This document shows positions 8,296 through 19,238 of a stretch of DNA of 64,000 nt, piece after piece (the first letter of the stretch is position 1; every line of letters starts with the position of its first letter). Origin of the DNA: an uncultured Bifidobacterium sp. (GTDB lineage: Bacteria; Actinomycetota; Actinomycetes; Nanopelagicales; Nanopelagicaceae); the NCBI GenBank assembly GCA_964567545.1, contig CAZMNB010000001.1:43763-107762 (forward strand), in the 5' to 3' direction. A program made the translations under genes and the position numbers. The notes under the pieces are model-generated. The model saw nothing but the letters and a program-made list of their open reading frames with translations. It did no database searches and was not told where the DNA came from.

Positions 8296-9698
8296 TATTT
8301 GTTATCCCCACTCTCCTTTCGTTGCAACAACGCCAGAAACATAGCATCCGTACCATGTAGATGAGTCCAAAGCTGGAACATTCCGTCGGCCTGAATTGCG
8401 GAAGCGTATTTTCCGGTGGCAACGCCAGTTGGTATTGGTGCTAGTTCAAAATCCCGATGGGTTCTGAGAAACTCTTTTACTTGAAACCTAGTTTCGTTCA
8501 AATGCGGCGAGCAAGTTACATAGGCAATCAATCCGTCAGATTGTAAAACTTCACTAGCGCTATGTAGTAATTCTTTCTGAAGCTGCATTAGGGATTTAAG
8601 GTCATTAATCGAACGTCGCCATCTGGTTTCCGGCCTTCTTCTTAACGCACCAAGTCCAGTACATGGTGCGTCGATAAGAATGCGATCAAAGAGATAATCG
8701 GTTCTGGCATAACCATTCTCGGCTAGTTCACGACCATCTAAGGAGATAACTTCTCCCGATTTTAAAACCTGACGAACCAGTTCAGCTCGAGGTTGCGATA
8801 TTTCGTTTGCCAGAAAAAAATCAGATCGTGTGGCAAGTAACGCGCTCAATAAAGCGCTCTTACCACCGGGCCCCGCGCACATATCTAACCAACGCAATTG
8901 ATCAGTAACTCCATTTGCGGTTGCGTGAAATATCTCGGTTACTAATTGCGAACCGTAATCTTGAACTCCCGCTCTCCGCGACTTTATCTCGGAAAAAAGG
9001 CCGGGGTTTCCATCAAATGTTGCAGCGAAATTACTATCTGCTAGCGCTACCGCACCTTCGTTAATCAAATCTGCTACCGTGCTGAAATTTGGCCAGGCGA
9101 CCAAGGTTGGCTGCGCTGGAATATTGTTCGCCGCCAATAGCTGTACAACCTTTTCGTAATCTTTTAAATGATCCAAGTAAGCTGAAATTATCCACTCTGG
9201 ATGCGAGAATTCATTTGCTAAATATGTAATTTTATCTGCTTGCCCCGCCAGATTGAGTTCCTTAACCTCTTGCGGAATTAAATTTGTCATATTCCGTAAT
9301 ACCGCATTCACAAAAGATCCGCTGGATTCACCTGCAACTTTTCTAGCCAATTCAACAGTCGCTGAAACCGCGGCGTGGTCTGGAATTCGCATTTCGTATA
9401 TCTGATGCACCCCAAGCCTAAGCGAAATCAAAACTTTGGGGTCAATTTGTGTCAATGTTCGTGCGGAACTTTGGCCAATTCTGAAATCGTGTTTACCCTG
9501 CATTCGCAGCGTTCCATAGACCAATTCCGTTACAAAAGAGCGATCTCGCGGATCCAATCCTGAGTTTTCTAAACGTTTCGGCAGGAGTAAATTGCTATAT
9601 CCGCCTTCGAAGGTAACTGAGTAAAGCGTCTCATAAGCAATTAGCCGAGGAAGATCCGGATTCGGTTTCGTAAAATTACGTTTAACCGGCTTATCCAA
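8295..9698 (-). CDS. rsmB: 16S rRNA (cytosine967-C5)-methyltransferase RsmB/Sun
   Basis: 467 aa with an N-terminal NusB-like domain. The SAM motif DMCAGPGGKS and the catalytic DRILIDAPCTGLGALRRRPE are present. It lies downstream of fmt. Confidence 0.88.
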   Translation of the reverse strand: MDKPVKRNFTKPNPDLPRLIAYETLYSVTFEGGYSNLLLPKRLENSGLDPRDRSFVTELVYGTLRMQGKHDFRIGQSSARTLTQIDPKVLISLRLGVHQIYEMRIPDHAAVSATVELARKVAGESSGSFVNAVLRNMTNLIPQEVKELNLAGQADKITYLANEFSHPEWIISAYLDHLKDYEKVVQLLAANNIPAQPTLVAWPNFSTVADLINEGAVALADSNFAATFDGNPGLFSEIKSRRAGVQDYGSQLVTEIFHATANGVTDQLRWLDMCAGPGGKSALLSALLATRSDFFLANEISQPRAELVRQVLKSGEVISLDGRELAENGYARTDYLFDRILIDAPCTGLGALRRRPETRWRRSINDLKSLMQLQKELLHSASEVLQSDGLIAYVTCSPHLNETRFQVKEFLRTHRDFELAPIPTGVATGKYASAIQADGMFQLWTHLHGTDAMFLALLQRKESGDNK

Positions 9699-10599
9699 AA
9701 TATTTTCCTTCTTCTATTCGGGCTCCTCGGAACCAATCAAGGCTATCCATCATTCGTTTACCTTCAGGTGTTACTTTCTCTAATCCGATTGACCCGTCCC
9801 CAGTTCCAACGGCAATTGTATTTTCAATTTTCCGTAACTCACCTGGGTTTAGTTTCTCTAGCATTTTTCGCGCTCTGTTTATCACAATTCTTGTGGCACC
9901 AATTCTGCTCCAAGCACCGGGGTTGGATGTCATGGCGCGAATATGACAATCAATCTCCGCATTAGATGCATTCCAATCGATCTCAGCATCGGCCTTTGAT
10001 ATTTTTGGCGCTAGATTCCCCCTGGAAAATTGCGGTCTCGGCTTATTACCCGAAGCAAGTAGATCCAGGGTTTCTAATACCGCACCGCTGCCTAAGACCG
10101 ATAATTCATCAAGTAGTGAATCTGTGGTTGAGTTGTCAGCAATTCTTAATTTCTTTTCCACAAAAATCGGACCAGTATCCATCCCGTTATCCAATTGAAA
10201 AACGCTAACGCCAGTCTCGCTATCCCCAGATCTAATGGCCCATTGCACCGGAGCTGCTCCTCGCCATCTTGGCAACAGGGAAAAATGTAAATTCAACCAG
10301 CCGTATTTAACTTTTTTTAGAAGTAATTCAGGTATGAGTTTCCCGTAAGCAATCGTGATTATTAAATCTGGTTCTAATTTGCTTATCAATATAGTTAACT
10401 CAGCCATATCTGCTGGTTTAGATATCGCCCTACCCGAATCGTTCGCCCATTGCGCAAACTCATTAGATGTTAGATTTCTACCTCGTCCGGCTGGCGCATC
10501 CGGAGTGGTAATTAACTCAATTAAATCGTGGTTACTTTCCTCGATCGCTGAAAGCGTCGGAATTGCGACTCTCGAAGAAGACGCTATTGCAATCCGCAA
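9691..10599 (-). CDS. fmt: methionyl-tRNA formyltransferase
   Basis: 302 aa. The formyltransferase core is present (NLHFSLLPRWRGAAPVQWAI), and the def-fmt arrangement is conserved. Confidence 0.92.
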   Translation of the reverse strand: MRIAIASSSRVAIPTLSAIEESNHDLIELITTPDAPAGRGRNLTSNEFAQWANDSGRAISKPADMAELTILISKLEPDLIITIAYGKLIPELLLKKVKYGWLNLHFSLLPRWRGAAPVQWAIRSGDSETGVSVFQLDNGMDTGPIFVEKKLRIADNSTTDSLLDELSVLGSGAVLETLDLLASGNKPRPQFSRGNLAPKISKADAEIDWNASNAEIDCHIRAMTSNPGAWSRIGATRIVINRARKMLEKLNPGELRKIENTIAVGTGDGSIGLEKVTPEGKRMMDSLDWFRGARIEEGKYFG

Positions 10600-10603
10600 T
10601 GGA

Positions 10604-11164
10604 CTAAAGTCCTAACCCATTAGTTTGATGTGGTGATAGTTTAAATTGAGGTGATAATCCATTCTCGGTAGCAGACATGAACCAATCAGATTCACGTATC
10701 TCTTTCATGGCTTGTTTACGTAGATTTTTAGGTAATCGATCGATAAAGAGAATTCCATCTAAATGGTCGGTTTCGTGTTGCAGCGCCCTTGCTAGCAACT
10801 CACTTCCTTCGATGGTTATCGGTTCACCATGCATATTGAAACCTTTGGCAACCGCCCTTAATGATCGTGGCGTTTCATAGCGCAATTCTGGAAACGAGAG
10901 ACAACCTTCTTCACCTTCTTGCAATTCTGCACTCAAATCAAGTGACGGATTGATTAGATGTCCAAAAACTTCGTCAACATGCCATACAAATACTCTAAGC
11001 GGAACACCGATTTGCGGTGCAGCTAAACCCGCACCTGGCGCTTCAATCATGGTCTCAGTCAAATCCGTAACCAAATTACGTAATTCTTTATCAAAATCGA
11101 TAACTGCCGTAGCTGGCGTAGCAAGTATCGGATCGCCAAATAATCTAATCGGTTGCAGCGCCAT
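10604..11164 (-). CDS. def: peptide deformylase
   Basis: All three PDF motifs are present: GAGLAAPQIG, EGCLSFP and HETDHLDG. Confidence 0.93.
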   Translation of the reverse strand: MALQPIRLFGDPILATPATAVIDFDKELRNLVTDLTETMIEAPGAGLAAPQIGVPLRVFVWHVDEVFGHLINPSLDLSAELQEGEEGCLSFPELRYETPRSLRAVAKGFNMHGEPITIEGSELLARALQHETDHLDGILFIDRLPKNLRKQAMKEIRESDWFMSATENGLSPQFKLSPHQTNGLGL

Positions 11165-11183
11165 GTACCAAGTCTATCTGAGA

Positions 11184-13127
11184 TTAAATCGTAAACGGGT
11201 CAACTTGCACCCGTAAACTCGACATGCCTTTAGCACTTCGATATCGCTTTAAATCATAAACAATCTCTGCCAATTTCGCGCCATCACTAATTGCTACCTT
11301 TATGATGATTTTACTATTCAATTTATCTATTTGGGATGGCCCAAGAATTTCGCACGAAATCGATCTTTCTCGCCGAAATTGTTCCGCAATCAAATTGATC
11401 TCTCTGCTCTCACTTTGAATCTCAATAAATCTTGCATAGGGCGGTAGCGCTAAACTTTTCCGATTTTCCAATTCGTTCCTACTAGATTTAATAGGTATCG
11501 ATTGCAACAACGATTGGACCTCAGGGTGAGTAACTGGAAGCGATAAATACACCTCACCGTCTGGAGATAACAAGGTTAATGCGTTTAACCAACGGTAACG
11601 AGCTTCCTCTTCACTTCGTAAAAATGGACGATTAAACAAAGATTTTCCATCAAGTAAAATTATCGCAGCATAACCGCGCTCACTTATTGGTTCACACCCT
11701 GGCGTTGCTATAACTAACACTTTCTCATTGGAAATCTTGTTACGTGGCAATTTGGCATTCGAAGAAATGATTGGAGTTTTTGGGAATGCTTTGCCAAACT
11801 CTTCAAGATGCCGCTCGTCGCCTTTCTGAAAGCGATAGAATTTAGAGCCATCGCACCAATTACATTTCCATTCTGCAAATTTAGTAGAACATAGAACACA
11901 CTCTGGCGAATTTGAAGTTCTATTCACCACTAATTTGCCGCCACAACTACAGAGCGCAAGGTTTCTACATTGATTACAGGTAGCTGCCTTAAAATAACCT
12001 CGTTCGGCAACCATTACTAGTACTGGCCCGCGACCTAAACCACTCCTAATTACTGAAAAAACATTCTTTCGTGAGTAATCCTGGTCTTCTGCAGTGATTT
12101 TCAATTTTCGTTTTTGATAAAACTCTGCAATTGGAGTAAAAAATGGTAACCAGCCACTTTCTACCAACCTGAGTAATTCTAGCGAAGGCGAAACATCTAA
12201 AAACCAAAGTGAAATCGGTTCGATATTTGCTCGCAAAAGCGCAAGATCTCGGGTATTGGTATATGGAGATCTCCGCTCAAAATGTGACGGATCTGATTCG
12301 TTTAATATAATGATGCTCTGTAAATTTGAAATTGGCGCAAAAATTGCCGATCTATTGCCGATAATTAATTGCCCATCCCCACCAAGAATTCTCAAAAAGG
12401 TGGTGTATCGATCACTTTTATCCAACGAAGAATCGAATCTAAGAAAATTCAATCCTTCAATCAATGACAACTTCTCTTCTAGCCTTGCCGTATCTTTCAG
12501 GTCCGGCACGATAACTAAGACATTTCCAAGAGCCAATCTCTTCAAAATTAACTCAATTAGAATCTTAAATGTATCAACTGCGCTGGGGGCTAAGAGTGCA
12601 CCATGTTTACTAGCCGATGCAACGGTAATGTTCGTGCCATAAATGCTATCCAAAAGATCATTTTTATATAGTTTGCTTTTATCGGAAGTAGTTGAACGAA
12701 AAGCGCCTTCTGGAATCGACTTTTCGGTGCTTGCAACTCTTGGCGGGATCGCGAACCTGATCAATTCATTAGGGTTAGTGCAATACCGAGCTGCAGCGGT
12801 TTTTATCAGGCTCCAAATTTGTGGAGTTAACAGAGTCCGGTTACTAATTATTGAGGCTATCCCCTTTAGCGCAACATCTTCAGTTCTTCGCTCGCGGATA
12901 GCAACCACATAACCAGTGGTAATCGTCTTTCCAAAAGGAATCTTTAACAGTGAACCGAATTTGCATAGGCCATGTTCGGAATCACTCAGAGCGTATGAGT
13001 AAGTTCCATCTAAATGAGTTACGGGTGTATCGACCACGACTTCCGCAATGAAATTGCTCGTTAACTGGGCGTCGACATTATTTTTAGCCCGTTGCGCGAT
13101 TAAGCGAAGTGGTCGCAATTGCGCCAC
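11184..13127 (-). CDS. priA: primosomal protein N' (PriA), with degenerate ATPase motifs
   Basis: 647 aa, collinear with E. coli PriA. It includes the Cys-rich zinc region (CNQCRNLALCSCGG...CVLC...CNWCDG). GVTGSGKT is replaced by APSAVDTF, and DEEH is replaced by NESD. Confidence 0.85.
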   Translation of the reverse strand: MAQLRPLRLIAQRAKNNVDAQLTSNFIAEVVVDTPVTHLDGTYSYALSDSEHGLCKFGSLLKIPFGKTITTGYVVAIRERRTEDVALKGIASIISNRTLLTPQIWSLIKTAAARYCTNPNELIRFAIPPRVASTEKSIPEGAFRSTTSDKSKLYKNDLLDSIYGTNITVASASKHGALLAPSAVDTFKILIELILKRLALGNVLVIVPDLKDTARLEEKLSLIEGLNFLRFDSSLDKSDRYTTFLRILGGDGQLIIGNRSAIFAPISNLQSIIILNESDPSHFERRSPYTNTRDLALLRANIEPISLWFLDVSPSLELLRLVESGWLPFFTPIAEFYQKRKLKITAEDQDYSRKNVFSVIRSGLGRGPVLVMVAERGYFKAATCNQCRNLALCSCGGKLVVNRTSNSPECVLCSTKFAEWKCNWCDGSKFYRFQKGDERHLEEFGKAFPKTPIISSNAKLPRNKISNEKVLVIATPGCEPISERGYAAIILLDGKSLFNRPFLRSEEEARYRWLNALTLLSPDGEVYLSLPVTHPEVQSLLQSIPIKSSRNELENRKSLALPPYARFIEIQSESREINLIAEQFRRERSISCEILGPSQIDKLNSKIIIKVAISDGAKLAEIVYDLKRYRSAKGMSSLRVQVDPFTI

Positions 13128-13133
13128 GGTTAT

Positions 13134-14327
13134 TTATCCTTTTATCTGAGATTGCAACGCTGCTACGCGGTCAGCTTTCTCCCAAGTGAAGTTTGGAAGT
13201 TCACGACCGAAATGACCATAGGCAGCAGTTTTGGCGTAAATAGGTCGTAACAATTGTAAATCACGAATAATTGCGGCTGGGCGCAGATCAAAAACAGCTA
13301 ACACTGCATCGGAGATTTGGTTTACTGGCACCTTCTCGGTACCGAAAGTTTCCACAAATAAGCCAACTGGTTGCGCTTTGCCGATTGCATAAGCAACCTG
13401 AACTTCACACCTAGTTGCCAATCCCGCTGCAACCACATTCTTCGCCACCCAACGCATTGCGTAGGCAGCGGATCGATCAACCTTCGATGGATCTTTTCCA
13501 CTAAATGCGCCACCACCGTGTCGCGCCATTCCGCCATAAGTGTCTACGATGATTTTACGTCCCGTTAAACCAGCATCTCCCATTGGTCCGCCGGTAACAA
13601 ACCGACCAGTTGGATTGATTAAAACTCGTAAATCCTTAAACGGCAAGTTAATCTCTTTTAATACGGGATCAATAACTTTCGCTTTCACATCAGGAGCTAA
13701 TTTTCGTTCCAAATCAATATCGGCCGCGTGTTGGCTAGAAATTACTACCGTATTCAATGAAACCGGTTGATCGCCATCGTATTCGATTGTGACTTGCGTT
13801 TTGCCGTCCGGGCGCAGATACGAAAGTTCGCCCGATTTCCGAACCGCTGTTAATTTCTCAGCCAATTTGTGAGCTAACCAAATTGGTAATGGCATCAGTT
13901 CTGGAGTGTCCGTAGTTGCATAACCGAACATCAAACCTTGATCGCCAGCACCTTGTAAATCCAATGGATCAACCGATTGCGATACTCGCTCTTCAAAAGC
14001 GTGGTCGACACCGGCTGCGATATCTTGGGATTGTTGACCAATTGAAATCGAAACTCCGCAAGAGTTGCCATCAAAACCTTTTTCGGATGAGTCGTAGCCA
14101 ATTTCAAGGACTGTTTCTCTCACTAAACCCATTACATCGGCATACCCATTGGTTGTCACTTCGCCTGCAACGTGAACTTGTCCAGTAGTAAGTAGCGTTT
14201 CTACTGCGACTCGGGAGTTTTTATCTTGACTTAAAAGGGAATCCAATATCGCATCCGATATTTGGTCCGCCATTTTATCGGGATGGCCTTCAGTGACTGA
14301 TTCTGAGGTAAATAAGCGTTTAGACAT
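13134..14327 (-). CDS. metK: S-adenosylmethionine synthase
   Basis: 397 aa. [36 protein letters not shown] and [19 protein letters not shown] are canonical MetK blocks. Confidence 0.96.
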   Translation of the reverse strand: MSKRLFTSESVTEGHPDKMADQISDAILDSLLSQDKNSRVAVETLLTTGQVHVAGEVTTNGYADVMGLVRETVLEIGYDSSEKGFDGNSCGVSISIGQQSQDIAAGVDHAFEERVSQSVDPLDLQGAGDQGLMFGYATTDTPELMPLPIWLAHKLAEKLTAVRKSGELSYLRPDGKTQVTIEYDGDQPVSLNTVVISSQHAADIDLERKLAPDVKAKVIDPVLKEINLPFKDLRVLINPTGRFVTGGPMGDAGLTGRKIIVDTYGGMARHGGGAFSGKDPSKVDRSAAYAMRWVAKNVVAAGLATRCEVQVAYAIGKAQPVGLFVETFGTEKVPVNQISDAVLAVFDLRPAAIIRDLQLLRPIYAKTAAYGHFGRELPNFTWEKADRVAALQSQIKG

Positions 14328-15534
14328 TGGTATACCTTAACCGTTCGCTGACACTATCCAGTAATAAATTAGCGAGCGTGTCTTTTGAAACCTCTGCAAT
14401 TTTGGCAACATCGCCAGCTTGACTCAGCAAATAGCCGGAAGAGTAATCAGAGCCGAAAATCGCACCTTGATTCACTTGATTAACATAAAGAAAATCGACG
14501 CCTTTTGCGGATAGCTTCGCTTTGCCGAAAGTAAGCAAATCCGAATCAGTTTCAGCTGCAAAACCAAGAAGTACTTGTCCACTTCTTCGAGTTTTTGCAA
14601 TGGTCGCCAGAATATCGGGATTGGCTATTAATTCAATATTGCCAAGCTTCGATTTCTTAATTTTTTCATCTGAATAGGTATTTGGTTTGGCATCTGCAAC
14701 TGCCGCACACATTAGTAGCGCATCGTTTTCTGGAAACCGTTCTCGCACAACTTGATCAAGTTCATCAGCGCTCTCTACGTGAATCGTGGTTATTCCCTCA
14801 ATATCTGGAAAAGTTGAGTTTGCTGCAACGAGCTCTACTTTTGCACCTCGTTTAGCAGCTGCAAATGCCAGCGCATAACCTTGCTTGCCGCTAGATCTAT
14901 TTCCGATAAATCTAACTGGATCAATCGCTTCTCTAGTACCACCTGCAGTTATTAAAATATGTCTTCCAATTAGATCGCAATTACTTTTTGAAATCTCTAG
15001 AACTTTTGCAAGTATTTCGGAAGTTTCGGGGAATCTTCCGATACCAGTCTCGTTTCCGGTCAACCTACCGATGGCAGGTTCTAAAATATGAATTCCGCGA
15101 GAGCGGAGCAGCGCAACGTTTGCAACCGTCGCAGGATTTAGCCACATCTGCGGATGCATTGCCGGAACTAACATAATTGGGGAGGTTGTTGTCAAAACCG
15201 TATTTGTTAAAAGATCATCGGCACGACCTGATGCAATCCGGGCGATCAAATCTGCAGTTGCTGGCGCAATAATTAAGAAATCTGCTTTCTTCCCTAAGGC
15301 TACGTGCGGCACCGCTGGAATATCTTCCCAAAGATCAGTATTAACTTTTCTACCAGATAGCGCTTCCCAAGTGGCTTTGCCAACGAAATTTAAGCTTGAT
15401 GGCGTTGGTACCACGGTAACTAAAAAACCATGGTCTTGTAATCTTCGTAGCAAATCGCAGGATTTATATGCTGCGATGCCAGCGCCAATGCCGAGCACAA
15501 TTTCTCTACCTCGAGGGAAGGTAATCTCTGACAT
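14320..15534 (-). CDS. coaBC: bifunctional phosphopantothenoylcysteine decarboxylase / phosphopantothenate-cysteine ligase
   Basis: 404 aa. An N-terminal flavoprotein domain ([24 protein letters not shown]) is followed by a C-terminal CoaB domain ([25 protein letters not shown]). Confidence 0.92.
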   Translation of the reverse strand: MSEITFPRGREIVLGIGAGIAAYKSCDLLRRLQDHGFLVTVVPTPSSLNFVGKATWEALSGRKVNTDLWEDIPAVPHVALGKKADFLIIAPATADLIARIASGRADDLLTNTVLTTTSPIMLVPAMHPQMWLNPATVANVALLRSRGIHILEPAIGRLTGNETGIGRFPETSEILAKVLEISKSNCDLIGRHILITAGGTREAIDPVRFIGNRSSGKQGYALAFAAAKRGAKVELVAANSTFPDIEGITTIHVESADELDQVVRERFPENDALLMCAAVADAKPNTYSDEKIKKSKLGNIELIANPDILATIAKTRRSGQVLLGFAAETDSDLLTFGKAKLSAKGVDFLYVNQVNQGAIFGSDYSSGYLLSQAGDVAKIAEVSKDTLANLLLDSVSERLRYTNV

Positions 15535-15571
15535 TTTCTAGTTTTCGTTTAGCGTTTCTTAAAGGTATAAA

Positions 15572-15835
15572 TTAATTCTGAGCGGTTGGTTCAAGGTTTT
15601 CAATAGTTAGCAATTCATCATTGATTTCACGGAGCGCTATTGAGAGTGGCTTCTCGTGCACGTGTGTTTCAACTAGCGGCCCTACATATTCAAGCAAACC
15701 TTCGCCTAGTTGCGAGTAGTACGCATTGATTTGACGCGCGCGTTTGGCGGCATAAAGCACCAAGCTGTATTTAGAACCAGCTTTATCTAAAAGTTCGTCG
15801 ATTGGTGGGTTGGTGATGCCATCTACGTTTGCCAC
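15572..15835 (-). CDS. rpoZ: DNA-directed RNA polymerase subunit omega
   Basis: 87 aa. [20 protein letters not shown] is the RpoZ signature, and the gmk-rpoZ synteny is conserved. Confidence 0.9.
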   Translation of the reverse strand: MANVDGITNPPIDELLDKAGSKYSLVLYAAKRARQINAYYSQLGEGLLEYVGPLVETHVHEKPLSIALREINDELLTIENLEPTAQN

Positions 15836-15881
15836 AAATTGCTCCTCAGGAAGATATCTCGATTATTGCGTTGAGCTCAAA

Positions 15882-16436
15882 TCACTCAACCGCAGTCGCC
15901 AAGGCTACCAGTCCAGCGACCACCTCTTCGACCCGATGATTGACCAAGATATGGTCAAACTCCCCCGCTGCCGCGATTTCAGCCTCCGCAAGTGCTAATC
16001 GATCTGCAATTCGTTCGGGTTGGTCGGTGCCGCGCGCAGTTATTCGGGCTTTTAGCTCTTCCCATGATGGCGGCATTAAAAAAATCAATATTGCGCTAGC
16101 GCATTGGCTTCGCACTTGTCGCGCACCCGAAATTTCTATCTCTAATAAAACATGTTTTCCGGCGGTTAACGCATTTTCAACTTCAATTCGAGGCGTTCCA
16201 TATCTAGCTCCGGCAAACTCTGCGAATTCTAAAAAAGCGCTAGCGTCAATCATTGCATCAAATTCAGCGTCAGAAACAAAATGATAGTCAATCCCGGCAA
16301 TTTCATAAGCGCGTGATTCTCTAGTTGTGTAAGAAACGCTTAACGAAAATCGGGGATCTTTCCTAATCTCGTTACTGATTGTGCTTTTACCCACTCCACC
16401 AGGTCCAGATAACACCAATAACTTGCCGCGCATCAA
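15882..16436 (-). CDS. gmk: guanylate kinase
   Basis: 184 aa. The P-loop LSGPGGVGKST and the motif SVSYTTR...E..G.DYHFV are present. Confidence 0.93.
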   Translation of the reverse strand: MMRGKLLVLSGPGGVGKSTISNEIRKDPRFSLSVSYTTRESRAYEIAGIDYHFVSDAEFDAMIDASAFLEFAEFAGARYGTPRIEVENALTAGKHVLLEIEISGARQVRSQCASAILIFLMPPSWEELKARITARGTDQPERIADRLALAEAEIAAAGEFDHILVNHRVEEVVAGLVALATAVE

Positions 16437-16747
16437 TTAATCCCAAATTCAGATTTAATAGCCGCTAATTGTTGTGTCCCTAAACCTTTTACTCGACGGT
16501 TCTCGGAGATACCAATTCGTTCCATAATTGCAACTGCACGCACTACCCCAACTCCAGGTATTGCCTCCAACATTGATTTAACTCGCATCTTTAAAATCGC
16601 CGGACTTTGACTTTGCAAAACTTCAAGGAGTGAAATTTCACCGCGCTTGATATTTTCTTTAACAATTGCGCGTTCCTGTCTAGCCGCAGCAGCTTTAACC
16701 AATGCCGCTTTGCGTTGCTCTAACGACAAAATTGGTGGCGCTCCCAT
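16433..16747 (-). CDS. mihF: actinobacterial integration host factor MihF
   Basis: 104 aa. LSLEQRKAALVKAAAARQERA...K.G.ISL.EVL matches the mIHF N-terminus. Its position between pyrF and gmk is as in mycobacteria and Streptomyces. Confidence 0.85.
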   Translation of the reverse strand: MGAPPILSLEQRKAALVKAAAARQERAIVKENIKRGEISLLEVLQSQSPAILKMRVKSMLEAIPGVGVVRAVAIMERIGISENRRVKGLGTQQLAAIKSEFGIN

Positions 16748-16761
16748 GGCTTAATTAAACC

Positions 16762-17445
16762 TCAAAGCGAAGCAAGAATTGCGGCTGCAGCCTCACCTGG
16801 GTTGGTAGCTGCGGTGATTGGTCGACCGATCACTAGATAATCAGCGCCATTTGCAATTGCCAGCGCTGGCGTCATTATTCGGGATTGATCACCAGCAACG
16901 CTTCCAGTTGGCCGAACTCCTGGGGTAATTAGCGCAATCTCCTTTGGAACTTCACTCCGGATTGCGGCAACTTCCAATGGCGAACAAACTATTGCTTGAG
17001 CGCCACCCGATATTGCAACTTTTGCAAGTTTAATCGAGCTCTCCAAAGCGAGATTCTGGAAACCAATCGCTTTAACATCTGCTTCATCTAATGAAGTGAG
17101 GATAGTTACTCCAGTTATCTTCGTATTGGGTAGTGCAGCTACTGCAGCTGCAACCATTTTTGAGCCCCCGGAAGCATGTACAGTTAAAAAATATGGATCA
17201 ATGCGCCAGATGCTGCCGCACGCACCGGCGACGGTATTTGGAATATCGTGAAGTTTTAAATCAAGAAAAAGCTCGAAATCGAATTCGTTACGGAGTTCGT
17301 TAACGCCATCTAGACCGAATTTAAGAAAGAACTCTAAACCGATTTTATAGATTGAAACCGAATTTCTAGTCGCTGCAATCCAAGTTTTTGCTTGTAATAT
17401 TTCAGTGGTATCTACTGCCAATATAATCGGGGATTTATTAACCAT
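16762..17445 (-). CDS. pyrF: orotidine 5'-phosphate decarboxylase
   Basis: 227 aa. ILAVD, DLKLHDIPNTV and VIGRPIT motifs are present. It is the last gene of the pyr operon. Confidence 0.9.
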   Translation of the reverse strand: MVNKSPIILAVDTTEILQAKTWIAATRNSVSIYKIGLEFFLKFGLDGVNELRNEFDFELFLDLKLHDIPNTVAGACGSIWRIDPYFLTVHASGGSKMVAAAVAALPNTKITGVTILTSLDEADVKAIGFQNLALESSIKLAKVAISGGAQAIVCSPLEVAAIRSEVPKEIALITPGVRPTGSVAGDQSRIMTPALAIANGADYLVIGRPITAATNPGEAAAAILASL

Positions 17446-18388
17446 TTACACTCCTATGAGCAAAGCCGACTGCATCCTTAAACGAGCTAAATCCGCGTTC
17501 AATCAGTAAATTTGCTAACTCCGTTTTAACTTTAATAACTGCGCTGGGATTACCGAACGTTGCTGTTCCAATCGAAATCCCGCTTGCTCCCGCCAGCACA
17601 AGCTCTAACGCATCTCGACCATTTGTAACTCCACCCATGCCTAGAATTGGAATTCTAGGTAAAGCTTGATGCACTTGATAGATCGCGCGAACCGCGACCG
17701 GACGAATCGCTGGACCAGACAAGCCTCCGGTTTTTCCACCTAATTTTGGTCGCATAGTTTCAGTATCAATTACCATTCCTAGTAATGTATTAATTAGGGC
17801 TAGACCGTCGGCTCCCGCTGAAATCACTTCATTAGCAATTGCAACAATATCGGTAACATCCGGCGATAGTTTTACAATAATAGGAAGCTCTCCACCTAGA
17901 ACTCTACGCACCGCTTCGACCACTGCGCGAGATGCGATCGGATCGCAAGCAAAAACTTGGCCGCGATTTTCCACATTCGGACACGAGATATTTACTTCCA
18001 ATGCAGAGAGAGATGGAACACCACGTAGTCGGCGCGCTAATGAGCCATAATCATCAACACTCTCACCTGCAATCGAAACAATTACCCGAGCGCCTGCTTT
18101 TTGTAAAAACGGGATATCTTCTGCAAGAAATTGATCAATTCCCGGCCCCTGTAATCCAATTGAATTGAGCATCCCAGATGGGGTTTCCGCCATTCTTGGA
18201 GTTGGACGTCCAGATCGTGCTTTAACCATAATTGATTTAGTTACTACCGCTCCGATTTCACTTAATGGAAAGAATTGAGCAAGTTCTTTTCCAGAGCCAG
18301 CACAACCGCTAGCAGTAAAAATGGGGTTTGGGAAAAAAGCGCTTTGAAAATAGGTTCCGTAATCGAAATTAGACATTGGGTGCACCAA
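17438..18388 (-). CDS. pyrD: dihydroorotate dehydrogenase, catalytic subunit (class 1B)
   Basis: 316 aa soluble-type DHODH (NPIFTASGCAG, EVNISCPN, GGLSGPAIRPVA). It is paired with pyrK and has no N-terminal membrane helix of the class 2 type. Confidence 0.9.
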   Translation of the reverse strand: MVHPMSNFDYGTYFQSAFFPNPIFTASGCAGSGKELAQFFPLSEIGAVVTKSIMVKARSGRPTPRMAETPSGMLNSIGLQGPGIDQFLAEDIPFLQKAGARVIVSIAGESVDDYGSLARRLRGVPSLSALEVNISCPNVENRGQVFACDPIASRAVVEAVRRVLGGELPIIVKLSPDVTDIVAIANEVISAGADGLALINTLLGMVIDTETMRPKLGGKTGGLSGPAIRPVAVRAIYQVHQALPRIPILGMGGVTNGRDALELVLAGASGISIGTATFGNPSAVIKVKTELANLLIERGFSSFKDAVGFAHRSVNG

Positions 18389-19238
18389 TTGTTCCTTCAG
18401 GAATTTTCCCGTCCGAATTCCAAATTACAGCAGCGCCATCCATTACTGGACCATCGATACAACTTCGCGACATTCGAATCGCACCAGTTGAATCCCGTAA
18501 GGGCACCACGCAAGTCATGCAAACTCCAATGCCACAAGCCATAGATTCCTCGACCGCACATTGGTGCATTACTCCCGATCTGTTTGCGACATCTTGTATT
18601 GCTGCCAACATAGCCATCGGCCCACAGGAATAGATAATTTCCACATTGTATTTTTCAATCAATCCAGGCAGAACCGAAACTACCCGGCCTTTCGTGCCAG
18701 CGCTGCCATCGTCAGTAGTTACCGTCATTGAATTGACAGCACGTTTTCCTTCTAGTGGCGCATAGATCTTTCCGGCAGATGAAGCGCCAAGCACCATATC
18801 AACGCGTGAGCCGCCATCTTTTAATAATTCGGCCAATCCGAAGAGCGGTGCTGATCCATAACCACCACCTACTAGGAGCGCATTAACCGGTTCGGTGGGA
18901 ATTCCAAAATTAGTACCGAGCGGACCCACCATGTCGACTGTGGCGTGCATCGGTAATGCGGTTAACCATCTACTTCCTTGACCATGTGGCGCTACTACAA
19001 GTTCCAACGTGCCACCGTAATTGCCACGATCGTGGGTCCGATAAATTGCAAATGCTCTACGCAACACCATCGCACTTGCTGGTCCACCTACGCTAATTGC
19101 TACAAAATTTCCGGGCAGCGCATGAAGCGCCATATCCCCTACTGCAAAAATCATGTGATGATATGCGCCAACTTTCTTATTGCTTACTATCTCTACCGTG
19201 CGCTGCTGAGCGCGGCGATTGATTTTCATGAAAGCCAA
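18369..19238 (-). CDS. pyrK: dihydroorotate dehydrogenase electron-transfer subunit (FAD / 2Fe-2S)
   Basis: 289 aa. An FNR-like fold (RAFAIY, GPLG) is combined with the C-terminal cluster motif [10 protein letters not shown]...SCIDGPV. Confidence 0.88.
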   Translation of the reverse strand: MAFMKINRRAQQRTVEIVSNKKVGAYHHMIFAVGDMALHALPGNFVAISVGGPASAMVLRRAFAIYRTHDRGNYGGTLELVVAPHGQGSRWLTALPMHATVDMVGPLGTNFGIPTEPVNALLVGGGYGSAPLFGLAELLKDGGSRVDMVLGASSAGKIYAPLEGKRAVNSMTVTTDDGSAGTKGRVVSVLPGLIEKYNVEIIYSCGPMAMLAAIQDVANRSGVMHQCAVEESMACGIGVCMTCVVPLRDSTGAIRMSRSCIDGPVMDGAAVIWNSDGKIPEGTIGAPNV

